Origin: a bacterium
GTDB taxonomy: Bacteria; UBA8248; JACPRG01; G963555815
Direction of reading: 5' to 3'
Length of the DNA: 64,000 nucleotides
NCBI GenBank assembly: GCA_965261595.1
Contig: CBDHDG010000006.1
Location: 896,001-960,000, forward strand
Both the position numbers and the translations under genes were made by a program. Positions 53,148-61,989 of the stretch are shown piece by piece; position 1 is the first letter of the stretch, and each line of letters starts with the position of its first letter. The notes beneath the pieces were generated by a model. That model made no database searches and had not been told where the DNA came from. It saw only the letters and a program-made list of their open reading frames with translations.

Positions 53148-53852
53148 GGGCAGACCCCCAGAAAATCGAGGTTGACACGGGCTTGGGGATTTGCTACAAG
53201 GAGGGTCTGTGAGGTCCTCTCTTGTAGCAACGCCCCGGGGTTCCCTCGGGGCTTCCACCCTTTGAAGTTCCATATACCACATGTAGTGGGTCGGATTCAA
53301 TTTTCGAGGGACCACCATATCTTGTGTCTTACTGCGTCAAGGGCATAATCACGGAAAAAAGGACAAGGTCCGGGCGAAGATCTGGATCACACCGGAGTCG
53401 GACGCGGGCAAAGAGATATACATCCTCCAGCGGGAGATCGCGAGGATCTCCGCCAACCTGCTGGCCCCCATAGACCCAATGCTCTTCGACGAGCTGGAGC
53501 GCATCGGCGGAACGGCCGTGCGGATCCTTCTGCTCGGAAAGATGGGGCCTTCGGGCCGGTGCGGACGGACTGGGTGGTTGAGAAGATCGATCGTCGGGAG
53601 CTGGACAAATCCCTCTTTGAAGTTCCCGAGGGCTACCGGGAGGAAAAAGACCCGGACGAGCCTAAGGCCGGGGGGCGAAGAAGGAAACCCTCCGCCGTCG
53701 AACGGCAATTAAAAACCCTGAAAAAGCTCTTCCGGTAGAGGACCCCGCGCTTCGGCCGGGCCTTGGAAATTGATGACGCGCAAAGGGGGAGGGATTGAGC
53801 GGGGGCTCAGTATCAGCCGACGAGGCTGGATTCGCCCTCGGTGAGGGACCGG

Positions 53853-55388
53853 TTATTCGGGGATGTCGTTCTTGGGCAGACCCCGGAGATGGGATTTCCA
53901 CGCCTGAATCTGCCTTTTTCGACCCAGCTTAGCGGCGATTTCCTTCCACTCTTTTAAGGTCCCCATCATGGCGTCCCGGGGGGAAAGGGTCCCGGGGACG
54001 GCCTCGAACAGGTTGCGGCTCAGGACCTCATGGTATTCGGCCGCCCCCACGAGCGGGATCTCAGGGACCATGACCTGCATCAGCCCCTTGAGGATTCCGA
54101 TCAGCTTCGGTGTATACGAAGCCTTGACCTTCGGGTGTTCGAAGTGGGTGGATCGGTGGGGCGTAAAATTCGAATTCGGCCTGGCCACCAACCCGGTGGA
54201 AACCTTGGGGGACGTAAGCCACTGGGCGAGCCAGTAGGCCGCCTCCGGATATGGGCTGTACCGGCTGATCTGCCAGAGAACGGAGCCCATGGACAACGCC
54301 CTGCGGAACGGCCCCCCCCCGACCAGTGAACCGGGCACCGTGCAGAACTTCACCTTGTTCGCAACCTTGGAGCGTCCGGGACGTTTGATGGCGTGGACCG
54401 CCGAGGCAACGGTGAGAATGGAAAACACCTTGCCCTTCAGGAAAGCGGAAACGGTCTCCTCCCGCGTCCAGGCCATGCTCGCCTCCGGCATGTATTTGCT
54501 GATCTCGACATATTCCTTCGTGGCCTCGACAGCTTCCGGGGAATCGAGCGTCGGGTTCATCTCCTCATCAAACGGGGTTTTTCCCTTGGAATAGTAGCGC
54601 TGGAGCCACCACCGCCATCCCTGGCCAAGGGATCGGACCCCCAGGGCGCCGTAATACTTGGAAGCATTCTTCTCATCGGTCGACTCACGCGTAAAAAACT
54701 CAGCCAATTGCTTCCACTGCAACCAACTATCCGGGCAGTCGGGATCCCAACCATATTTCCGCTTAAAGGTGGACCGTTCCGCGGGCAACGCCATCAAATC
54801 ACGCCGAATGACCAAAACCAGGACTTCCGTGTTGGCGAACAGGCCGTACGTCTTCGACCGGTATCGGCCCAGGCTCCGGAACGCGGGGACTTCCGCGTTC
54901 AAGTCCGGCCGGCCCACCCGAATCAAATCGTCCAACGGCAAAAGCGCCCGGCTTTCGACCCCTTCGGGTATTCCGGTCGAAGGCGCGAGAAACAGATCCA
55001 GGCGGCCGGCCTTGGAAGTTGCCTCGGCCCTCATCCGCCGAAGAACATCACGCTCGCTCACGACCAGCATGTCCTTCACAGTGATCCCGGTTTTCAGCCG
55101 GAACTCCTCGACTGCTTTCCCCAACGTCTTCGCATAGTGTTGCGGGACCACAATCGTCAGATCGACGGTCTTGACCCCCCGGCGCATCAGGGCGGCCTTT
55201 CCCCCCGAAAGGGCCCGGGCCGCCGGCGTGGCGCCCAACATCTGGCCCGCCGCCCAATCAGCGCCCAGGACCGCCCAAAGACCCAGGGCGGCCGCGAGAA
55301 TGGAACGCCTCCGCGGGGGCTGACGCCTCCGCCGGCCGCGCGGGGTCCGGGATTTTCCAGGCTGATCCATGTGATTGTCCACAAACAT
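53853..55388 (-). CDS. ABC sugar-type extracellular solute-binding protein
   Basis: Signal-like region, RRDL, PDSWLQWKQLAEFF, LDSPEAVEA, AFLKGK, AYWLAQWLTS; start uncertain. Confidence 0.82.
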   Translation of the reverse strand: MFVDNHMDQPGKSRTPRGRRRRQPPRRRSILAAALGLWAVLGADWAAGQMLGATPAARALSGGKAALMRRGVKTVDLTIVVPQHYAKTLGKAVEEFRLKTGITVKDMLVVSERDVLRRMRAEATSKAGRLDLFLAPSTGIPEGVESRALLPLDDLIRVGRPDLNAEVPAFRSLGRYRSKTYGLFANTEVLVLVIRRDLMALPAERSTFKRKYGWDPDCPDSWLQWKQLAEFFTRESTDEKNASKYYGALGVRSLGQGWRWWLQRYYSKGKTPFDEEMNPTLDSPEAVEATKEYVEISKYMPEASMAWTREETVSAFLKGKVFSILTVASAVHAIKRPGRSKVANKVKFCTVPGSLVGGGPFRRALSMGSVLWQISRYSPYPEAAYWLAQWLTSPKVSTGLVARPNSNFTPHRSTHFEHPKVKASYTPKLIGILKGLMQVMVPEIPLVGAAEYHEVLSRNLFEAVPGTLSPRDAMMGTLKEWKEIAAKLGRKRQIQAWKSHLRGLPKNDIPE

Positions 55389-55576
55389 CACGCCCATTCC
55401 TTCCAACCCGCCGGCCTCGCGGCAACCACCGGCCATTGGATCATGGTAGTCTCGCAACCCGGGTGTTGTTCGCAAGTTGACCGGCGGCCGCGCCGCATGG
55501 GCGCGGCTCCGGCTCGAAGCGGAACCGTCTCCGCGGGCGTCGGGCCGGTTTCGCGTCCGGAAAGGGACCGTTTCGG

Positions 55577-55962
55577 ATGACTCGACTCATCGGCTGTTTG
55601 CTTTTCGCGATCGGGTTCTTCTGGATGAGCCCCGGCCCGCTCAGCGGGCAATCGGCCTTCCGGCTTCCGGCCGTATTGATGATCAACTTTCTCAACCGCA
55701 CACAGCAAATCGCGTATGCCATCGGTCTGAGCGACTGGGAGCGATTGCGGTCCGAAGCCGAAGGGTTGGCCGCTGAAACAGAAAGATACGCAAAAATCGT
55801 TCCATCCCGAATTCCCCTGGGAAAAGACTGAAGGATTTTCGCAAAGACGTGGACGCGCTGATCCGGGCGACGCAAAGCAGGGACAGAGAAGCCGTCGGCC
55901 GGTCGTTCGGACGAATCGAATCCGGCTGCATGACGTGCCATAAATTGTATCGGGATTTGTGA
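55577..55962 (+). CDS. cytochrome c'-like (class II) protein split by a -1 frameshift at ~55820-55825
   Basis: Signal peptide in frame 0; -1 frame continues RLKDFRKDVDAL...IESGCMTCHKLYRDL* with C-terminal CxxCH. Confidence 0.75.
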
Positions 55963-56120
55963 GAACGAACGTGACTTTCAACCGGGCCCAGGTCTAATGA
56001 ACTCGGGCCTTTCCCTTCACCCTCGAATCGGGGGCGCCCCCGCGAGGGCCTTCAGACCGCCTGTTTCCGCCTCATATTGAGGGAGGCGGGGGGGGGGAAG
56101 AGGCGAGAGATGGCGGACGC

Positions 56121-56447
56121 TCATGCAGGCGTCCAGGAATACTCGAGTCGCTCGACCCGTCGGCCTTCGCTCATGGCCTCCATGATTTCGGGAACGTCGT
56201 CGGGCTGGATCCCGCAATACCACGTGCCCTCCGGATAGATGACCACCGTCACCCCCGCGCCGCACGGCCCGAGGCAGGAGACGGAGGCCATCATGACCTT
56301 ATCCCAGAGATTCCGCTTGCCGACTTCATCGGCGAATCGCATCATGCAATCCTGGGATCCCTGGGGCCCGCAGGACCCCCTGGGGTGGCCTTCCGGACGC
56401 TTGTTGTTGCAGATGAAGATGTAATGGGCCGGCCCTTTGGGTTCCAT
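56121..56447 (-). CDS. thioredoxin-like [2Fe-2S] ferredoxin
   Basis: FICNN...GSC...SCLGPC...VVIYPEGTWY. Confidence 0.9.
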   Translation of the reverse strand: MEPKGPAHYIFICNNKRPEGHPRGSCGPQGSQDCMMRFADEVGKRNLWDKVMMASVSCLGPCGAGVTVVIYPEGTWYCGIQPDDVPEIMEAMSEGRRVERLEYSWTPA

Positions 56448-56643
56448 CCTTCAACACTCTCCTCAAAACCGCACCCGGCTTTCCGATCCCTCTACGAGGG
56501 GGCACCCTCCGCAGGGGGGGGCGTCGGGCGTGAACCTGTATGAAAGGGGGGCGGATTTCCGCCCCCCCTCCGGCGACCGGGATTAAGCTTGTCCGCGCGC
56601 CTGCGGGCATTTTCCCCGAGGCGTCGTTGCGGATGCGTTCGGG

Positions 56644-57255
56644 TTACTTCGCCGCGGCGAGGCGGGCGTTCACCTCATCCCAGTTGATGACGTTCCACCA
56701 TGCGGCGATGTAATCGGGACGGCGGTTCTGGTAATTCAGGTAGTAGGCATGCTCCCAGACATCGATGCCGAGAATGGGCGTCGCTCCCTCAGTCCGGGGG
56801 CTGGTCTGGTTGGGCATGGCCATGATCTCGACGGCGCCGCCCTTGGCCACCAGCCAGCACCAGCCGCTTCCCTTCACCCCGATGGCGCCCTTGGTGAACG
56901 CATCCTTGAAGCCGGCAAAATCGCTGAAGGCGGAATTGATGGCGTCGGCCACGGCACCCGCCGGCTCGCCGCCGCCGCCCGCCTTCATGGTCTTCCAGAA
57001 GATGTTGTGATTGTCGGTCCCGCCGCCGTTGAAATTGACACCCGCGCGGGAATCCTCGGGGACTTTGTCGATGTTGGACAGAAGGTCTTCGACCGACATG
57101 CCGGCGAGGTCTCCCCCCAGCTTCTCCAGAATCCCGTTCACGTTGTTGATATAGGTCTGGTGATGCTTGGAGTGGTGGATCTCCATCGTACGGGCGTCGA
57201 TATGGGGCTCCAGGGCGTTGTATGCATAGTCCAAATCCGGCAGTGCGTAGGCCAT
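56644..57255 (-). CDS. sodA: superoxide dismutase, Fe/Mn family (Mn-like signature)
   Basis: ALEPHID, HHSKHH, NGGG, PNQ, DVWEHAYY. Confidence 0.9.
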   Translation of the reverse strand: MAYALPDLDYAYNALEPHIDARTMEIHHSKHHQTYINNVNGILEKLGGDLAGMSVEDLLSNIDKVPEDSRAGVNFNGGGTDNHNIFWKTMKAGGGGEPAGAVADAINSAFSDFAGFKDAFTKGAIGVKGSGWCWLVAKGGAVEIMAMPNQTSPRTEGATPILGIDVWEHAYYLNYQNRRPDYIAAWWNVINWDEVNARLAAAK

Positions 57256-57465
57256 GTCTGATTCTCCCTCTTCGGAATCAAATGACGCAAGGGAAGCCGA
57301 AGCGCTTCGCGCCACGCCTCCTCTTCACATCAAAGCTCGCCGTCCCTCATAAGGATGAGGACCGGCGAATGCTCAATGAGAGTTGGTTCGCAGACCATTT
57401 TAATACGGTCCGGAGCGTTGTCAACTTGATACGCCGGGGAGAGCCGGATCAATCCGCCGGATGGA

Positions 57466-57494
57466 TTGAAAATCAAAAAGTCCGGTGATATCCT
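57466..57494 (+). promoter_or_regulatory. candidate sigma70 promoter of the BMP gene
   Basis: TTGAAA-N17-TATCCT with TG extension. Confidence 0.5.
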
Positions 57495-57605
57495 ACCTGT
57501 TATAGATGATTTAGCGATCGACGAACCGCTACCGGGGGAAACCTTGGGGACGTTGGAGAAAGCGATCCCGCTTTCAATGATGTCCCAGAGCGCAAGGAGG
57601 CATGC

Positions 57606-58727
57606 ATGAAACAGTGGAGCCGGAGAGAGATTCTCGCATTATTCGCCGAATCGATGGCCGCCATGCCGGCCGCGGCCGTCCTGTTGGGCGCGAAACCCGC
57701 TTGAGCCATCAAGCCCAAGGCGAAGATCAAGGCGGCTTTCGTCCTGGTCGGTCCGGTCGGAGACGCCGGATGGAACTACGCCCATGACCAGGGGCGTCAG
57801 TATATGGACAAGATGCTTCCCTACGTCTCGACCGCCGTCACCGAGAATGTCCCCGAGGGGGCGGAGGCCGAGCGGGTCATCACCCAATACGCCCGCAAGG
57901 GTTACAACCTCATCTTCACGACCAGCTTCGGTTACATGGACCCCACCATCAATGTCGCCAAGAAATACCCGGAAGCGGTCTTCATGCACTGCTCCGGTTT
58001 CAAGACGGCCCCGAACGTGGGAACGCATTTCGGCCGGATGTACCAGGCCAAATACCTCGCCGGGTTGATCGCCGGCCGAATGTCCAAGAGCGACACCTTC
58101 GGCTATGTGGCGCCCCACCCCATACCCGAGGTCATCCGCCACGTCAACGCGTACGTCCTGGGTGTGAGGGAGGGTCGTCCCAACGCCAAAATCCACGTCG
58201 TGTTCACCAACACCTGGTACGACCCGGCAAAGGAGCGGGAGGCGGCCGAGAGCCTGCTCGACATCGGCTCGGACATCATGTCCCACGGACAGGACTCCCC
58301 GGCCACCATCCAGGCGGCGGCCAAACGGGGCAAGTACGTCTTCGGCTACGACTCGGACATGACGAAGTTCTCCCCGAAATACCACCTGACCGCGCCCATG
58401 TGGAACTGGGGCATCATCTATGTCCAGATCGCCAAGGCGGTCCACGCCGGAACCTGGAAAAACGATCAGCTCTGGCCGGGCATGGAGAGCGGCGTCGTGA
58501 CCCTGGCACCTTTCAACAAGGCCATTCCCGCGGGTGTCCTGTCGCTGGTCAAGAAGAAGAGGGCGGCCCTTGTGTCGGGTAAAATGAAGGTGTTCCAGGG
58601 CCCCATTCAGGACCAGAGGGGCAAAATCAAAATTCCCGCCAGGCGATCCGCCACCGCTCAGGAAATGCTCAGCATGAAATACTTCGTTCGGGGCGTCGTG
58701 GGAACCCTTCCCGGGGAGAAAAAGTAA
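57606..58727 (+). CDS. BMP-family (PnrA-like nucleoside) ABC substrate-binding protein; in-frame TGA at 57702
   Basis: AAGGAGG RBS, SRREIL twin-Arg-like leader, VGPVGDAGWNYAHDQG, IFTTSFGY, WYDPAKE. Confidence 0.85.
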
Positions 58728-58813
58728 CCATCCACATTGATCGCCGGGAAAGGGGGCTTCCTGAAAGGGGCTCCGGCTGAAGAGGGCTCCGGCTGAAGAA
58801 CTTTCATGGTGCG

Positions 58814-58844
58814 AAAAAGGGCGGCCGGAAACGGCCGCCCTTTT
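58814..58844. terminator. bidirectional terminator between convergent genes
   Basis: AAAAGGGCGGCCG-GAAA-CGGCCGCCCTTTT. Confidence 0.75.
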
Positions 58845-58896
58845 CTTCGTATGCCCGGTGAGGCCGGGACGATCGACGCGGGGGCCAGCCGGTCCG

Positions 58897-60051
58897 TCAG
58901 GCCACGGTCGCCGCCGCTTCTTTCCTGAAGTGGGACATCACCCCCTCGGCGAACAACTCCAGGTTCTTTCGGGCCAGGTCGTGGGGCAGGCTCCCGAAAT
59001 GAAGGACCGCCACCAGCAGTCCCAAGCCGGATTCTTTCCGGCATTCTTCCAGTTGTTGACGCACGGTCTCCGCGCTTCCCACAAGGATCATCCGCTTCTC
59101 CAGGAGGCCGCGCGGCTCCACCCTTTTGCCCATTGTCTTCAATTTGTCCCCCAGGATTCGGGCCATCGACTTTTCCGAGACATAGCCCGGAGGAAACAGC
59201 AACTGGGGCGTCATTCTCAGGTACCTGTTGAAGAGGCAATCGATGTGGGGCTCGGCCTCTTTCCAGGCGATTTCATCGGTCTCGGCCACGTAGATGGGGA
59301 CGGCCCAGCCCAACTGCTCGGGTGAGGCCTCATAGCCGAATTTTCGGGCTTCTTCTTTGTACTCTTCATGCAGGAGCTTCACTTGGGAGAAGGGGCTGAA
59401 GATCTGGATGTAAGGGTAACGGTGCTCGGCCGCGAAAGAGATCGTCTCCGCGCTTCCCATCGAGGGCATCCAGATGGGCGGGTGCGGCTTCTGGTAGGGA
59501 CGCGGCCATGGGTTGACGTAGCGGAAGTTGTAATGCTTTCCCTCGAAGGCGAAGGGGCCCGGCTCGGTCCAGGCGCGCAGGATCAGGTCGAGGGCCTCAT
59601 AGAACCGGTCCCGCGATGTGGTGGGGTCCATGCTGAATGAAGTGAACTCGGACCCGATGCCGCGCACGACGCCCGACACAATCCGCCCCTTGGTGATCAC
59701 GTCCAGCATCGCCACTTCTTCCGCCACCCGCAGGGGGTGGTCCCGCAGGTTGATGGCGTTGCCGAGGATGGCGATCTTCGACCGGGAGGTCCGTCTGGCC
59801 AGCGCCGCCGCGATGACGTTCGGCGAAGGCATCAATCCATAACAGGTCTGGTGATGCTCGTTGACGCAAATGGCGTCGAAGCCCAGCTCGTCGGCCCGCT
59901 CCAGGATGTCGAGGTACTCGTTGTACAACTCGTGCCCGAGCTCGGGGTCGTAGTAGGTGTTGGGTATGGTCGCCCACGACGTCCCGAGCTTTTCGACGTA
60001 ATCTTCGGGCATATGGATGTAGGGCATCAGGTGGAAGTAGCTGAACAGCAT
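58897..60051 (-). CDS. LLM-class flavin-dependent monooxygenase
   Basis: ADELGFDAICVNEHH, PLRVAEEVAMLD, PYQKPHPPIW. Confidence 0.9.
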   Translation of the reverse strand: MLFSYFHLMPYIHMPEDYVEKLGTSWATIPNTYYDPELGHELYNEYLDILERADELGFDAICVNEHHQTCYGLMPSPNVIAAALARRTSRSKIAILGNAINLRDHPLRVAEEVAMLDVITKGRIVSGVVRGIGSEFTSFSMDPTTSRDRFYEALDLILRAWTEPGPFAFEGKHYNFRYVNPWPRPYQKPHPPIWMPSMGSAETISFAAEHRYPYIQIFSPFSQVKLLHEEYKEEARKFGYEASPEQLGWAVPIYVAETDEIAWKEAEPHIDCLFNRYLRMTPQLLFPPGYVSEKSMARILGDKLKTMGKRVEPRGLLEKRMILVGSAETVRQQLEECRKESGLGLLVAVLHFGSLPHDLARKNLELFAEGVMSHFRKEAAATVA

Positions 60052-60243
60052 TTCGCGAACCCCCCTTATCGCGCGGTGAATGGCGCCGCCATATATTCGG
60101 CGCGTCCAGGAAAAGCCAAACTCCGGTGCGGACTTGCCTCAAGACGCTCGGACCGTCCCGGCTTCCTTTAGACAAATCGCGGCCGGGGCGGACCCCACCG
60201 ACGCGGGTCCCCCCCCCGGCCCTACGGGTCCCCTCCCCCGGCC

Positions 60244-60975
60244 CTATCGGGCGTCGGGATTCCCCCCGGTTCCGCGCCCCCTCTTCAGGAAGCGGGACTT
60301 CCTCTTGAAGCGGATTTCCGTCTCGCCCAGGTCGTTACCGATCCGCAAGATGAAGGGGATCGGCGCGTGGCGGTCGAACCCACCTAGCTGGAGCCCCCTG
60401 GCCCTGATCCGGAACCTCCCGTTCCGGCGGATTTTCACCCGGGTGACGCCGCCGACATTTCCCTTATAGCGAAAGCCTTTGGCCGCCCCATCTTCCCCCG
60501 CGATCACCTCGCGAAATCTGACAAAGGACCCGGCGGGAATCGTCTCGCTAAATCCTCCGAACGTTACGGTCACGTCTTCATGGAGGGGGTCGATCCCGTC
60601 GCTTCCCTCGCCCAGAGAGAAACTCCCCTTGAGGCGGAACCGGTCTCGGTAAGCCTTTTCGCTCACCTTGAGACGGACCTTCCGGACCTTGAACGCGGTG
60701 AAACGCACAACCGGACCCTCCGGCCGAACCGCCGGCCCGGGGAGGCGCTCGTCCCTGAGACCGGGCCGCTCTCCCGACCCGGCGGCCAAACAGGCCTCGC
60801 TCTCCTCCGGGGTGATCCGCGCTTGTCGGCCGCCCCCCCCCGGGGCGGCTCCTGTCAGTCGAATCCGGGCCCGGGTCCGCCAATCGCCTCGACTCCAACA
60901 GGAGAAGTCCAACTGAACCTCCGGCTCATAAAAGCATGCCGGAGCCCACCCGCGCAATTCTTCCACACCACTCAT
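60244..60975 (-). CDS. hypothetical protein or remnant with a beta-rich C-terminal domain
   Basis: Protein-like tail FSLGEGSDGIDPLHEDVTVTFGGFSETIPAGSF...LRIGNDLG; no convincing RBS or signal peptide. Confidence 0.4.
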   Translation of the reverse strand: MSGVEELRGWAPACFYEPEVQLDFSCWSRGDWRTRARIRLTGAAPGGGGRQARITPEESEACLAAGSGERPGLRDERLPGPAVRPEGPVVRFTAFKVRKVRLKVSEKAYRDRFRLKGSFSLGEGSDGIDPLHEDVTVTFGGFSETIPAGSFVRFREVIAGEDGAAKGFRYKGNVGGVTRVKIRRNGRFRIRARGLQLGGFDRHAPIPFILRIGNDLGETEIRFKRKSRFLKRGRGTGGNPDAR

Positions 60976-61000
60976 CGCCGCTCAAGCGACCCGCCGGCGG

Positions 61001-61792
61001 CTACGACCAAGGCGTCACCGGCTTGGGCGCCCGCTCTCCGTCTACATCAATCACGTCCATATGCTCATCGAAAAAACAGAGCAGGTCCTTGATTTTCGGA
61101 CATTCCGCGATGGGATCGGGATAGCTCCAGACGATGTCCGCCCGAACCGCGCCGCCCGCCCGGACCGACCAGTAGCGCGCGGTCCCTTTATAAGGACAGC
61201 GCGTCGATGTCCGGGTCGGATCGAGCAGCTCCATCCGGACATCTTCCATCGGGATGTAATAACGAACCGGAAGTCCGGTCTCCAACACAAGAGAAGGCCG
61301 GCGGGTTTCGGCGACAACCTCCCCCCCGACCATCACCCGGACGTGGCGGGCGCTCTTCAGGACATCCACCCGTTTGTACGGATCGCGGGCGTGGACGAAA
61401 ACCTCTTCCTCCTCCTCGGTCCAGGCGTCCATCGCGTTCCATTCGAACGCCAGACAGCCCCGGATGTCCGCGCCCTCATCGGAGGGATTCAGATAACTCC
61501 AAACCGCGTTCTCGGCCGTCCGGCCGCCCGCTTTGAGCGTCCACCTGGCGGCGTCGCCGAGCTTCGGGTGATGCGCGCCGGGGCCGCTTTCCTCCATCCA
61601 GTCCGTTCGGACGTCTTCTTTCGGAAAGAAGTAGATCGGCACGCGCTTCGCCTCGCGAAGCAACATGACGCCCTTGCTGTCCACGACGGTCTCCCCGCCG
61701 AATTCAACCCGCACGCGCCGGGGGCTCGGCTCGATATGGATCCATGGGCCGTCATCCTCCCGAACGCCCGGGGCGCCCGTCCTTCCATCCAC
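61001..61792 (-). CDS. tandem DUF427 protein
   Basis: Two repeats; ENAVWSY, HARDPYKRVD, ETGLPVRYY, TRCPYKG. Confidence 0.88.
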   Translation of the reverse strand: MDGRTGAPGVREDDGPWIHIEPSPRRVRVEFGGETVVDSKGVMLLREAKRVPIYFFPKEDVRTDWMEESGPGAHHPKLGDAARWTLKAGGRTAENAVWSYLNPSDEGADIRGCLAFEWNAMDAWTEEEEEVFVHARDPYKRVDVLKSARHVRVMVGGEVVAETRRPSLVLETGLPVRYYIPMEDVRMELLDPTRTSTRCPYKGTARYWSVRAGGAVRADIVWSYPDPIAECPKIKDLLCFFDEHMDVIDVDGERAPKPVTPWS

Positions 61793-61989
61793 CGATCTTC
61801 TCCCCTCGCCGTCCGAATCGCTCTCAAAAGACTAACATGCCCCAACATCCGCCGGGGCGCGCAAGAAACGTCGCGGAACGGAAGACTCTCCCCGCCGGTC
61901 GCGGTCCTCCCCAGGTGGTCATCCCCGGCGGCCCGGCCTATAATCTCCGCGTTCCGAGCGCGCCTGACATCCTTTTCAAGGGAGATGAG

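Larger units (their letters stand above)
52396..53353. mobile_element. non-autonomous IS1595-like insertion cassette (958 bp, no transposase)
   Basis: 37-bp TIRs 52396-52432 / 53317-53353 (36/37 identical); 8-bp TSD GAAAAAAG at 52388-52395 and 53354-53361; visibly lower GC than flanks. Confidence 0.9.
51934..53738 (+). pseudogene. secreted DUF4412-like protein interrupted by the 52396-53353 element
   Basis: 5' part 51934-52395 (signal peptide, TIVRFDKG...LDPNRKTY) joins in frame to 53362 (DKVRAKIWI...); tail LDKSLFEVPEGY...LKKLFR* needs one more frameshift at G4 53544-53547. Confidence 0.75.

Noticed and set aside
57702..57704. UGA as selenocysteine or an alternative genetic code
   Set aside because: It lies in a signal peptide rather than a catalytic Cys position, and many genes in the window end with TGA.
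58768..58799. 16-bp tandem duplication GGGCTCCGGCTGAAGA x2
   Set aside because: Only two adjacent copies, no spacers and no cas genes; not a CRISPR array.
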